DNA from: a virus
Taxonomy: Duplodnaviria > Caudoviricetes
Length of the DNA stretch: 58,017 bases
IMG/VR virus record: IMGVR_UViG_3300028025_000563
Coordinates: 1 to 58,017 of that record
Reading direction: 5' to 3' (one strand)
In this document: positions 15,985 to 26,348 of the stretch, in pieces
Position numbering within the stretch: the first letter of the stretch is position 1
Layout: every line of letters starts with the position of its first letter
Translations under genes and position numbers: made by a program
The notes under the pieces: generated by a model
The model's input: the letters and a program-made list of their open reading frames with translations, nothing else
The model's database searches: none
Told to the model about the DNA's origin: nothing

Positions 15985-16181
15985 CGAAAGAACTGGTGAA
16001 GTTAGCCAAGAAAGCTGCGAAGGAACAAGACCTTGTATATGCCCCCGATATGGAAGCAATGATCTGGATGCAGCGCTTCTCAGAAATGATAACCATAACT
16101 GAACGAGAGCGGTGCGCTAGGTTGGCAGAGGAGTGGGAGCTGCCTGAACTAGCTGCCGCCATAAGGGAGAAGAACACATGA
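15981..16181 (+). CDS. hypothetical protein
   Basis: ATGA overlap; ERERCARLAE motif. Confidence 0.7.
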   Translation: MTKELVKLAKKAAKEQDLVYAPDMEAMIWMQRFSEMITITERERCARLAEEWELPELAAAIREKNT

Positions 16182-16456
16182 ACCCATACCTACAAGACAT
16201 ACTGCACAACATAACCACAAGGTTAGCGAAGTTAGAAGAGGCACCACCATCGTTATTAGATTCTGTACATTGTCAGTGTGGCGCATCGTGGAAATATAAA
16301 GATGGTGAGCTGGACTACAAACCATCAACAAAAAAGAAAGAATGGGTAGGGCTGACGGATAAGGAAGTTGTAATGCTTGCCTACCAATCCCAAGAAAATG
16401 AATGCACTGCAATTAGATTGGCAGAAGCAAAGCTAAAGGAGAAGAACAGTGAGTGA
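16178..16456 (+). CDS. hypothetical phage protein
   Basis: EWVGLTD...EAKLKEKN motif. Confidence 0.7.
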   Translation: MNPYLQDILHNITTRLAKLEEAPPSLLDSVHCQCGASWKYKDGELDYKPSTKKKEWVGLTDKEVVMLAYQSQENECTAIRLAEAKLKEKNSE

Positions 16457-16634
16457 TAAAAGATTCTGCACCGCCTGCCAGTGCGACAAGCCTGTAGAAG
16501 GTGGTTACTTAAAGACCGGAAAGATAGTGCGCTGGATTTGTAAGTCCTGTCATACTCGCATGTCCGAAAGCCCATACGCCCGAAAGAAAACTAATGAGAT
16601 GCGTCACTTGCGATTCACCCACCAACATTATTGA
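16449..16634 (+). CDS. small zinc-ribbon protein
   Basis: CTAC...CKSC. Confidence 0.6.
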   Translation: MSDKRFCTACQCDKPVEGGYLKTGKIVRWICKSCHTRMSESPYARKKTNEMRHLRFTHQHY

Positions 16635-16794
16635 TAGCCGTAAGTACCATGATCCAACTAGTGACTTTGATTTTGTTAATAGAAAGAGACTATGCAAATC
16701 CTGTGGGCATAAGTTTGTAACTATCGAAGTCACTGAAGATACGTGGATTAATATTCTTAATCAATCTGTGGAAGTTAATAGTAATGAACAATAA
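16594..16794 (+). CDS. NrdR-like zinc-ribbon protein
   Basis: MRCVTC...IIDSR...RKRLCKSCGHKFVTIE. Confidence 0.7.
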   Translation: MRCVTCDSPTNIIDSRKYHDPTSDFDFVNRKRLCKSCGHKFVTIEVTEDTWINILNQSVEVNSNEQ

Positions 16795-17053
16795 CCTAAC
16801 CGCAAAGCAGCGTGAACATATAGGTAGAGTTAAGGCTTTACCTTGTTCTGTATGTGATAAGCCAGGACCAAGTGCGGCTCACCACGTTAAGCAGCATCAG
16901 CAGTACACAGTGGTGGCTTTATGTTACGACTGTCACCAAGGCTCATTGCTTGGTTGGCATGGGCAGAAACGTGCGTGGGCAGTGCGAAAGATGGATGAAC
17001 TAGATGCGCTCAATATCACTACCGAGCGCCTCATAGATTCACTGCTTAGTTGA
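16784..17053 (+). CDS. Ref-like (HNH-fold) recombination-enhancement nuclease
   Basis: RVKALPCSVC...AHH...VALCYDCHQG. Confidence 0.7.
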   Translation: MNNNLTAKQREHIGRVKALPCSVCDKPGPSAAHHVKQHQQYTVVALCYDCHQGSLLGWHGQKRAWAVRKMDELDALNITTERLIDSLLS

Positions 17054-20000
17054 CTTACGTACTGACTCTAACTGTTCAGCAATCGTACCAATCAGAACCT
17101 TCAGACGGTCTATCTCTTCTTTCTTTTGATCGCCACCCATGGTTTCATCATTCCTGATAGCAGTGATAGCCTGTCTAATCTTAGCCATATCCTTGGCACC
17201 ACGATCATAGAATTTCTGTAGACCAATCAGATCGCCTTTCTCTTCCAAGATTTTGGCAACCATCTCCTGATCACCTAACTCTGCATAGTGGCGCATGTCA
17301 GCGTAGGCTTGGGATATCTGCTTGTTGTTCTCGTAGAACGCAGTGACGTACTTGCTCTGTGTCGCAGGCAGACTCTTGATGAATCCCATCGACATAGTCT
17401 CAGTCCAGTTGTGATCTGGATACGCGCCTTTAGCAAACGGCATGACAGCATAGTGAGAAGTTGCAGACACCGTACCACCGAGCCAACCGAAGTAAGACTT
17501 GATTGCATAGTCAACTTGTACAGGTGACATCTCCATAGACTTTGGAGCCACGAATCTTTGTACTGCGCTCAATGCCAAAGCCAACGGGCTAGTAGTATCC
17601 GATGCACGCTCAGCCTTAGATAGACGCTCCATACCTGCTGTCTCGATAGGCGCACCAGTGAACGAGTCCTTGTTCGCATACAGATCAATCATAGGCTTGA
17701 TCAACTGTGGCGTAGGATTCATAGCAAACGTATCAGACAACATACGCTTGATACTTTCTTCAAACTGCTTACCCTCTGCGCCTTGATCAATCATCTGCTC
17801 AAGCAAACGCTCAGCCATAGTACCGAACGCACCGATCTCAAATGGTTTAGGTACGCGAACCGCGCTATCCATTCCTGGCAAACGGAACCACCAGAAGTTA
17901 TCGCGATCCCATTCTTCACGCTTCTTAAACTCTTCGTCATCCTTGAATGCTAGGTACAACATCATCGATGCCATCATCACAGCGCCAGTAACGATACTGA
18001 ACTGCTGAGCTTTCATCTTATCGTCAGCGTCATTAGGCTTTCCTGTTGCGCTGTTATAGATTACTCGGCTAGTAGGAATGATGCCGTCTCTTCCTAACTT
18101 GTACAGACCTTGCAGACGAGCGTTCAAGAATGGCACAACCTGTGTAACCATACGCAACGCAGGGAACGAACCTTGCATCGAGAAGTCCATCAGATCACGA
18201 GCATGGAATGATGCCTCTAGGTGGCTCATACCCTTGTCTCTCATCTGCTTGTAAAGCGCCATACGGTTAGCGGATTCAGACTTGTTACCTAAGTCAGTAT
18301 ATGCAGACCACGCTTTCATTAAGCCAGCTTTGATCTTGTTATCCGAATCAAGTATAGACTCCTTCGCTACACCCATCTTGATCAACTGTTTAACCATGCG
18401 GCTTTGATCACCCTCATACGCAGAGCCAAAATTAAAGATAGCTCCACCAGCTAGTGCAGATATATGTGCAGGGTTGTTGCGATCAGAGTTAGCCCAACCT
18501 TCAACGATGTTCGCCCAAGGTGTGAGCTTCAATCCTGATACAGCCATAGCTTGGATCGAGTCGCGGAATAAGTTACGAACCTTAAAGCCTGGGGATATCG
18601 TTACGCCAAACTGAAGTATGTTCTTAAAGTCACGAGCTACATCTAAGAATTTAGACTTCGGACCCATGTAACCAATCGATGCAACTGAATCTAACAGCAG
18701 ATCATCTAATACTTTGTAGTACGTAGGCTGACCATCAATCATTACCTTGATGATTCCTGTGCCTTCTGATGTTGTGTACTCAGGTCTCAAGCTACCATCG
18801 CCTACTATCGTTCCTGTCTTTGCGGAATAAACTTTATTGTTCTTCCACTCAAGACCAACCTTCAGATTAGGACGAGCGCCTTCTACTTCTGATGCAGCTT
18901 CAAGCGTAACAGCAGCAGCCTTGTTCTTCATTGATGCAGATAGGATGTGACTCCAGTTACGCAGAGTGTTCTCCATCAGATCACCGAATGGCTTCTCACC
19001 ACCCTCTAATGCTCTAGAGAAGTACTGGCTACCCAGACCAGATGCTGTTGCCGCACCTTGCAGGTCGCCATCTTCCATCATCTTATAGAACGGGATGTAA
19101 TTAATGTCGGACGCAAAGATGTCATAGGCTTCCTTATTGATCAAGCCTTGCTCAAGTGCAACATTCAGAACAGACTTATTTAGCTTGTTCATTTCACGCT
19201 GCACTTCTCTGTACACATCAATCTTTGGTCTGCCGTTAATCATTCCTTTAGCAAACTTATCACGCTCCGCTACTAACTCAGCATCAATTGATGGTGCTTT
19301 GATTCTGTTTTTGAATCCGGCAATCTCTTTGCGCTTTGCGGATATATCTTTATCAATGTCGTTCTTGTATTTATCCAACTGTCTACGCAAGGAGCTAAGT
19401 GCATCACGCTTCTTCGCTGCTGACAAATCTTTATTATCCAAGATGTTTTTAGTTTCTTTGTCAAATGCTTTGCCTGCATTACCTTTCATGGTACGCATAC
19501 GAGCAATGTCTGCTTCTGCTTGATCGATGTCTTGCTGAGCACCCTGAGACTTCTTGGTGATATCTGCTTCACGATTCAGAGCAACCCACATCTGATAACG
19601 ATCAACGTCCTTACCTAGTGGCGCCATGATCTCTAGCAAGCCTTTAGTACCTGACTTGATATCGAGCGCACCACCGTTTAGGAATACTTGACCATGAAAC
19701 AACATGCCTTCCAATGCACCGTCAATAGTCTTGGACATACGGGCAAGCATGTAGCCTTCTTTGGTGTAGTCCTTGATCGTTCTGTATTGATCAACGATAC
19801 CCTGCGCCATCTTCTGCCAGAACTTATCTTGCAGACCATCTATCTTGGTAACGATAGTTTCGTTCTCAGGTGTAAACGTCTTGCGTGCTTTAGCTTGTAG
19901 GTGTGGAGGCAAGTCATCCAATAAGCCTTCATCCATGCGGCGCTTCTGACCTGCTTTGTGTGCTGCTTCTCTTGCTCTTGCCGCAGCTTCCAATGCTTTG

Positions 20001-23000
20001 TCTTTGATGCTGTATAAACGCTTTTGGCCAGTAGCTTCTTCTTTTACATAAAGATCATCAATGTTCTCGTTATATAAACCACTTAACTCTGATAGCTTCT
20101 GAATGATAACGTTAGGCTTTCCAACCTCTTCAGCCTTCTTGTAAAGTTTACCAAACAACCTTGTTACAGTTGCTTTATCACTAGCTTTGGCCAAGTAAGG
20201 ATCATCATAGACAAAAGGTTTTTTGCCTGCCTCAACATATTTTTTATAAATCTCAACCATCTCAGGCGTAACGCCAAGCTCAGCAAGCTCTGGAACAACT
20301 TGTCTTGCTTCTGTTTTCTTACTATATAAAGCCTTACCACCTTCCATGTTTACGTAGTTGCCACCACGCACTACGGAGCGACGAGCATTAGCAATCAAAG
20401 CTAACACCTGTGCATCAGATATAGACTTCATTGGAACGCCTATGCGCGCAAGGAACTGGCGAATAGCATTCATTACCTTCTGCAAAGCGTTTAGTTTGTT
20501 TTTGTTTTCTGGAACTCTGGTGTCATAGACTTCCTGCGCCATCTCAGACAAGACTTCTTCAACGGCAGTTACCTTGTCCATGCCTTCTTCGATGTACAAA
20601 TCTGCACGAGCTCTAACATCTTTGTTGCCTTCGTAGATGTTATTCATCATTGGCTTGAAGTTAGCGCCCAATGCCACACGCAAACCAAAGTGACCAAACG
20701 ATTCGTGCGCTAGTGTGATAGCAGCCTGTGCATCGTTAGGAATGTTGTCAGCTACCAGCCAGACCTTCTTGGTATCAGGATCATATACACCACGCGGATT
20801 AACCTTATCGCGTGCTATGTCTGCTTGAATCTCTTCAGGCAATTCAGATATCTTCTGTACTACCTCGATATCAGGTGCGTTCTCCCATGTAGATTTGATG
20901 CGATCAACCGCAACATCTACATCAGCCTTAGACATACCCTTCTCACCACGCTTGGCTTCCATGTATAAGCCACGACGGGTTTCTTGATCTTCCTCTTTAC
21001 GAGCAGCCATCTGTGTCGCTGTCTTGGCAGCAGACGGGGTTCCTGGCACAGTCTTAGTAACTGTCTTGGTAACTTCAGGCGTGGCTTGACGAGATAGATC
21101 ACCGGCAGTCACAGCCTTACCACGCAAGAAGTCCATTGTGGTATCTGGATTATCAGGAACAATAAACAGCTTAGCGCCATCCATCTGACCTTCATAATTG
21201 TCGATCAGATATTTGTAGGTGTCTTTGTCTACATTGATACAGCCAAACGAGTAGCGAGAATCTTCAGCGCCTTCTTTACCTAATGCTGCCAATCTACGTT
21301 GGGCATCTGCCATTTTGGTGTAAACAGAGTGGAACAACGTAACTGAATACGAACCATCAGGTGCGGCCTTGTCTAGTACAAATACTTTGTTAAAGTCATA
21401 TCCGCCAGCAGTTGCCGCCTCATCTCCACCAGTCTCTGTAACTCCACGCTTAGCATCACGCAGACCCATAGCGTATAAGCCAGCCGGTGTTATACGGTTA
21501 GCTTTTATTTTCTCTGGATCGCCTTTGTAGTAGTCGCCCATCTGAGCGCCAAGCAATACCTTTTTATCTAAGACAGGTTGACCCTTAGAATCAAACACAA
21601 AGATACGTGCATTAGGTTTGTCTGTGATGATGAATAACTTGTTGTTCTTCCGCAAGTCAGCACCGAACGCAGGCATGATATTGGCATATGCTTGTTGCGC
21701 TCCTGGCGACATCTTGTTTTTAACAGCATCAGGAACCTTGGCTAACACTTGTTCTACTGTAGTTACGTTTTGTGGCAACGCTACTTGGTACGATGGTCCC
21801 ATGAAGCTAGGGTTCAGGATAATCGTAGTAGCCAACAGTGCAGCATGTAACTTACGAATGATGTCTCTAATAACATCAGATACAGCCTGTGCGCCCTTAG
21901 TTGCAAACTTATAGATGTCTTCACGAAGCTTTGCCAAGAACGCAGGGCTACCAACTTCCTCGTTATAGTGATCAGCTAATACCTGTTGTTCAGGCGCAGA
22001 CAGCATCAACACCTGTGGCTTGATAGTTTCTTCATCAATGACACGCATCTGACCTTCAATGATGTCAGTCGTCTCTGTAGTAAGCGCAGTGCTAGGCTTG
22101 CGTTTCTCTGGCGCAGGAGCTTCTTCCGGTTTTGCTTCTACTACTGCGGGTACGCCAAAATCTTGAGCAGCAGCTTGTGCTTGTGGCGCAGGGGCAGCGG
22201 TAGGCGGTACAGGAAACGGTACATTAGGAGTTTGTTGCCCAGTAGGTAGTACAGCAGGCAGCCCACTAGGCTGACCAGCATCAGGCATAGCAGTAGTAGG
22301 TTGATTTGTCGCTCCTTGTGGATACTCAGGGAATGATGGTCTTTCTGGAAACGGCACAAACCTACGATTCTTGATTGGAGGTGGAGGTATTTCTCCTTTG
22401 TCCGGATAGTACTCGTCCTCGTCATACTCAGATTCGCCATCTCTACTTACGTGATAATCAATCTCCTCACCAAGCGAGTTGATGTCTCTATCTAAGTTAT
22501 CTATCGCCTCATCAGTATCGTAACTAGCGTAGTTCTTAGTTGAAATTTTATTTTGTATGTACTGTACTGCTTCGTTGATCCTGTTTAAATCATCGCCCAT
22601 ATTGGAGCGCAACTCAGGAGGTAAGAAGTCATCTAACGTATCTTCAGAAACTAAATCACGCAGATTCTTTCCAGTATCACCAGAAGCCCTTAATGCAAAG
22701 TATTGGTTTTGTTTTCCAGCCAATGCCTTGATCTCTGATCCAGATAGTTTGTAATCAGGGCTAGATAAAATATTCCAAAGACTATCAGGACCTTTCTTAG
22801 CCTTACTGCTTTCAAGCATTGCACGCTGGGCTTCTAGCTCTTGAATCTCATTCAATGCAGGAGTGATAGCATCTAAAGTTTTTGGAGTTAAGTCTTTGTA
22901 AGCATTCTCTCTATCTGTTTGTTGCATAAACAGATTCATAGTGTCTTTTGCTTGATCACTATCTACGTCATTGCTTAAAAAGTATTCGCGTAGCTGATTG

Positions 23001-24643
23001 GCTTTTACAATCCTGTTGTAGTCAAAACCACTAATGTCTCCAGCTTGCAGTGCTTTCCAAGCATCTTTAGGATCAATCCTTGCCATGCGACCTACATGGA
23101 CACGATTCTCCATATCTTTGAACTCGGTTAACTCTGCAATACGAGCATCACGTTCTTTGGTTTTTTTCTGCTTCTTAAGTAACTCAATCTCTTGTACCGC
23201 TGTAGCATAGGTGTAGCCTGCATCAGTAGGTAGTGCAGGTTTAGAAGGAGTCTTTGGCTCTTCTGACTTTGGCTGTGAACCTATGCGCGCATTAACTTGG
23301 TCAATAATTTTTAGAAGTTCTGGGCGCTTCGGTGCATTAACTTCTTCTTCTCTTTTATTGCGCAGGTATGCATCTAGTTCTGACTTAGTCATTGCCACCG
23401 TACCATCAGGCAACGGCGTAGGTTTGAAGTCATACTCTAAACGTAATGCTTCACTACCATCAGGAGCTAAAGCATTGCCACGCTCGTAAGGTTGTGCTTC
23501 GTATTTCTTTCTGAACTGCTCGTCCTCATACTGGTCAAGCTCACTACGTGTCATCGCAACTCTACCGTCTGGCAGAGGAGTAGGCTTGAAGTCGTACTCT
23601 AGTAATAATGGTTCGCTTGGTTTTTCTGGTAACTTTTCTTGTGGTTGGCGACCACCCAGTAGCGTAACAGGACCAGCGCCTAATGCACCCAAGATACCTT
23701 CTTGAGTAGCAGCGCCTGCCACACCTTGGAATGTAGGAGTATCTATGCCTGCACGTTGTAATGCTATGTTCTGTGCTACTTGTTCTTGACCGCCTTGTAT
23801 CGCTTCAGTGCCTGCTTCAGCACCAACCGCTACAGCTTTACGCGCAGCACCTTTAACAGTAGGAGACAATAATTCTTCAGCACCCAACTTACCTGCGCCA
23901 TAACCAATGCCAGCACCAAGAAGAATCTGGTCAGCATTCGGTCCAAGATATGACTGAGCTTGCTCTGCTTGTTTAGCAGCAGATGCTTCGTCCAAGCCAT
24001 TCTTCATTAACTCTTGTTTTACGCCTTCATAGATAGCGCCTTTAACTGCACCAGTACCTTGAACAATACCTAATGCTGTGTTGACCGCGCCACGAGAGAT
24101 TTGTAATGCACGAGCTTGACCTGCGCCAGGAATAAATAGCGTAGCTAAGTTAGGTATAAGGGAACCGATAGCCTGTGCAGCACCTTGCAATGGAGCAGCC
24201 TTGATGCCTTGGAATGCAGCACCAATCTCACCCATCGTATCGCCACTCTTAGCGGCCTGTTCTTGTAGGTTCTGGTAGTACTGCATTTCTTTCTGGCGTT
24301 CAGGCGTGTACATACCCTGAAGGCTAGTAGATGCCTCACCCAACGCTCTACTTGCAGCATTGTCTGCACCAAATACATCGGAAATAGACTTAGCTGCACC
24401 CACCACACCAGATGCACCAGCTACACCAACGTCACGCAATGTTGTAGGCGCTGTCGGAGCTTTCTCCTCAACAGCAGACATACCCATCACTCCAAACTTT
24501 TGCCTAATCGCATCTTGCGTTGCAGCATTTGCGTTAGCAAAGTTAGCGTCTAACGCAGAGTACTTATTAAAGATAGCTTGTTTGGTAGCTTCATTGGCAT
24601 TGATATAGTTTGGATCTTTAAGTATCTCTAGAAGCGATGGCAT
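17039..24643 (-). CDS. giant polyvalent internal virion / DNA-ejection protein (L,D-transpeptidase-like, zincin-like, LPD38-like domains)
   Basis: 2534 aa at end of late operon; FHSVY...SFGCINV; AHESFGHFGL; C-terminal VPKPFEIG...NKDSFTGAPIE. Confidence 0.8.
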   Translation of the reverse strand: MPSLLEILKDPNYINANEATKQAIFNKYSALDANFANANAATQDAIRQKFGVMGMSAVEEKAPTAPTTLRDVGVAGASGVVGAAKSISDVFGADNAASRALGEASTSLQGMYTPERQKEMQYYQNLQEQAAKSGDTMGEIGAAFQGIKAAPLQGAAQAIGSLIPNLATLFIPGAGQARALQISRGAVNTALGIVQGTGAVKGAIYEGVKQELMKNGLDEASAAKQAEQAQSYLGPNADQILLGAGIGYGAGKLGAEELLSPTVKGAARKAVAVGAEAGTEAIQGGQEQVAQNIALQRAGIDTPTFQGVAGAATQEGILGALGAGPVTLLGGRQPQEKLPEKPSEPLLLEYDFKPTPLPDGRVAMTRSELDQYEDEQFRKKYEAQPYERGNALAPDGSEALRLEYDFKPTPLPDGTVAMTKSELDAYLRNKREEEVNAPKRPELLKIIDQVNARIGSQPKSEEPKTPSKPALPTDAGYTYATAVQEIELLKKQKKTKERDARIAELTEFKDMENRVHVGRMARIDPKDAWKALQAGDISGFDYNRIVKANQLREYFLSNDVDSDQAKDTMNLFMQQTDRENAYKDLTPKTLDAITPALNEIQELEAQRAMLESSKAKKGPDSLWNILSSPDYKLSGSEIKALAGKQNQYFALRASGDTGKNLRDLVSEDTLDDFLPPELRSNMGDDLNRINEAVQYIQNKISTKNYASYDTDEAIDNLDRDINSLGEEIDYHVSRDGESEYDEDEYYPDKGEIPPPPIKNRRFVPFPERPSFPEYPQGATNQPTTAMPDAGQPSGLPAVLPTGQQTPNVPFPVPPTAAPAPQAQAAAQDFGVPAVVEAKPEEAPAPEKRKPSTALTTETTDIIEGQMRVIDEETIKPQVLMLSAPEQQVLADHYNEEVGSPAFLAKLREDIYKFATKGAQAVSDVIRDIIRKLHAALLATTIILNPSFMGPSYQVALPQNVTTVEQVLAKVPDAVKNKMSPGAQQAYANIMPAFGADLRKNNKLFIITDKPNARIFVFDSKGQPVLDKKVLLGAQMGDYYKGDPEKIKANRITPAGLYAMGLRDAKRGVTETGGDEAATAGGYDFNKVFVLDKAAPDGSYSVTLFHSVYTKMADAQRRLAALGKEGAEDSRYSFGCINVDKDTYKYLIDNYEGQMDGAKLFIVPDNPDTTMDFLRGKAVTAGDLSRQATPEVTKTVTKTVPGTPSAAKTATQMAARKEEDQETRRGLYMEAKRGEKGMSKADVDVAVDRIKSTWENAPDIEVVQKISELPEEIQADIARDKVNPRGVYDPDTKKVWLVADNIPNDAQAAITLAHESFGHFGLRVALGANFKPMMNNIYEGNKDVRARADLYIEEGMDKVTAVEEVLSEMAQEVYDTRVPENKNKLNALQKVMNAIRQFLARIGVPMKSISDAQVLALIANARRSVVRGGNYVNMEGGKALYSKKTEARQVVPELAELGVTPEMVEIYKKYVEAGKKPFVYDDPYLAKASDKATVTRLFGKLYKKAEEVGKPNVIIQKLSELSGLYNENIDDLYVKEEATGQKRLYSIKDKALEAAARAREAAHKAGQKRRMDEGLLDDLPPHLQAKARKTFTPENETIVTKIDGLQDKFWQKMAQGIVDQYRTIKDYTKEGYMLARMSKTIDGALEGMLFHGQVFLNGGALDIKSGTKGLLEIMAPLGKDVDRYQMWVALNREADITKKSQGAQQDIDQAEADIARMRTMKGNAGKAFDKETKNILDNKDLSAAKKRDALSSLRRQLDKYKNDIDKDISAKRKEIAGFKNRIKAPSIDAELVAERDKFAKGMINGRPKIDVYREVQREMNKLNKSVLNVALEQGLINKEAYDIFASDINYIPFYKMMEDGDLQGAATASGLGSQYFSRALEGGEKPFGDLMENTLRNWSHILSASMKNKAAAVTLEAASEVEGARPNLKVGLEWKNNKVYSAKTGTIVGDGSLRPEYTTSEGTGIIKVMIDGQPTYYKVLDDLLLDSVASIGYMGPKSKFLDVARDFKNILQFGVTISPGFKVRNLFRDSIQAMAVSGLKLTPWANIVEGWANSDRNNPAHISALAGGAIFNFGSAYEGDQSRMVKQLIKMGVAKESILDSDNKIKAGLMKAWSAYTDLGNKSESANRMALYKQMRDKGMSHLEASFHARDLMDFSMQGSFPALRMVTQVVPFLNARLQGLYKLGRDGIIPTSRVIYNSATGKPNDADDKMKAQQFSIVTGAVMMASMMLYLAFKDDEEFKKREEWDRDNFWWFRLPGMDSAVRVPKPFEIGAFGTMAERLLEQMIDQGAEGKQFEESIKRMLSDTFAMNPTPQLIKPMIDLYANKDSFTGAPIETAGMERLSKAERASDTTSPLALALSAVQRFVAPKSMEMSPVQVDYAIKSYFGWLGGTVSATSHYAVMPFAKGAYPDHNWTETMSMGFIKSLPATQSKYVTAFYENNKQISQAYADMRHYAELGDQEMVAKILEEKGDLIGLQKFYDRGAKDMAKIRQAITAIRNDETMGGDQKKEEIDRLKVLIGTIAEQLESVRKSTKQ

Positions 24644-24650
24644 TTTTGCC

Positions 24651-26348
24651 TCATCTCAATAATGGGTTGCTTGTATCTACTGCACCACCAGGTCTTGTTG
24701 TACCCATTGGTACAGGGCTATTCTGTCTAAGCATTAATGCTCTTGCTTTGTCAGCTAATTGCTGTTCATTCAAGCCAGCATTGGTAGGCATAGTCGCAAC
24801 AGTCTTAAGGGCTTCCTCAAACGAAAGAGTGTTTTGTGGTTTGCCTGCACCCATTACTAATGCGCGAGTCTCCAACCATCTAGCAGCAGCGGCTGGGTCT
24901 TTTGCATACAAATCATTATATGTTGCTTGAGCGCGCTCAACTTCTGACGGTCTAAACATAGCGCCAATCTGTGCCATGTGCGCTCTGTAAGAAAGGTCTT
25001 GTCCACGAGCTGTAATATCTTGACCGCGTGTTTGAGAAGCAATAGTCGCCATAGTTTCTTCGCGTTTATTCCTAGCATCAACTGCTTTGTTCTCAAGCTC
25101 GTTAGTTTTATCTTCAATTCTTTGAACACGATCTTGAGCAGACTTCGATCTAGTGCGGTTGTAATCATTCTGTGCAAGTAAAAGATCACGCTGCTTGTCT
25201 TCTAACTTCTCTTCGTAATCACGAATCTTCTCGTTAGATGCAACCAATCCAGAAAGTGCTTTCTGACCTGACTCACCCAACGCAGCAAACTCACGACCTC
25301 TAGACGCACCCATCAATCCAAGACCAGTCTGCATGATAGCCATACCAATAGCTTCTTGTTTGCGCTCATTAACTTTGCCCTTCTTGCCTTCGTACTCACC
25401 GCGTAACTTCTCAAAGATACCAGTGTCAACACCAGCAGCTTTGTCAGCCTCTTCTTGACGGCCAAGTGCTTGCTGAATAGTTTCCTTCGCAGGCATCTTT
25501 TGCTCTTCAATTGCAGCCATCTTGACGTTTCCAATAGGAGGTAACGCTGGTACAGCAGGCATTCTAGGCGCACCAATTCTAGGTTGAGATGGCGGCGCAT
25601 TAGTAGCGGCAGCTACAGCAGCAGGATCAGCAACAGGAGCAGGGAATGTAGTAGGCGAAGATATATTCGATACATTGCGAGCATTCAACGCAGCAACGCC
25701 TGTTGGTTGATTAGGTGGCGCGAAGCTTTGTGTATTAGCAGCAGTTGCTTTAGCCGCTACAAATTCACGAGTCTGAAGCATCCTATCCCGTGCAGGCCCT
25801 GGCGGAGTTTTGGCAATTTGTGCATCTAAGTTTTGCAATTCATCCATTGCATCGGCGCCTGAACTTTGACGACGCTCAAACATACCAAGCAACGAACCTG
25901 ATGGGAATCTGAATCCACCAGAATCCGTTACCTTGGCGTTATCGTACATAACTTGACTACCATCTTCTGGATTGCCGTTATATCTAGGTATGCCGCCATC
26001 AGCAAACGCAACTATCCCACCGCCTGCATAGTCCTGTTCTTTATATGGAATAGATGTCAGACCACCTGTTGCTGCCATTTGTTCAGGCATAACTGGAGCT
26101 GGTGCTTCTGCCATACCCATCTGTGGGGGCTCGGATACCGGAGTAATCTGTTGTGGCTGAACGCCCATCACATCTTGAGCTACCGTAGTAGTAGGCGGCT
26201 TAGCATCTTCTTTAGCAATACGATCACGCATCATTGCTGCTAGTACAGCCTTCTGCGTATCAATCAAACCCATCTGCGCCATGTGCGCTAGTTGTGGCTT
26301 GCTATATTTAAGAGCAAGCGACTTAATCTCTTGTGCGTCACGGATCAT
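24651..26348 (-). CDS. internal virion protein
   Basis: Ala/Gln/Pro-rich with coiled coil; YAGGGIVAFADGG; position among ejection genes. Confidence 0.65.
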   Translation of the reverse strand: MIRDAQEIKSLALKYSKPQLAHMAQMGLIDTQKAVLAAMMRDRIAKEDAKPPTTTVAQDVMGVQPQQITPVSEPPQMGMAEAPAPVMPEQMAATGGLTSIPYKEQDYAGGGIVAFADGGIPRYNGNPEDGSQVMYDNAKVTDSGGFRFPSGSLLGMFERRQSSGADAMDELQNLDAQIAKTPPGPARDRMLQTREFVAAKATAANTQSFAPPNQPTGVAALNARNVSNISSPTTFPAPVADPAAVAAATNAPPSQPRIGAPRMPAVPALPPIGNVKMAAIEEQKMPAKETIQQALGRQEEADKAAGVDTGIFEKLRGEYEGKKGKVNERKQEAIGMAIMQTGLGLMGASRGREFAALGESGQKALSGLVASNEKIRDYEEKLEDKQRDLLLAQNDYNRTRSKSAQDRVQRIEDKTNELENKAVDARNKREETMATIASQTRGQDITARGQDLSYRAHMAQIGAMFRPSEVERAQATYNDLYAKDPAAAARWLETRALVMGAGKPQNTLSFEEALKTVATMPTNAGLNEQQLADKARALMLRQNSPVPMGTTRPGGAVDTSNPLLR

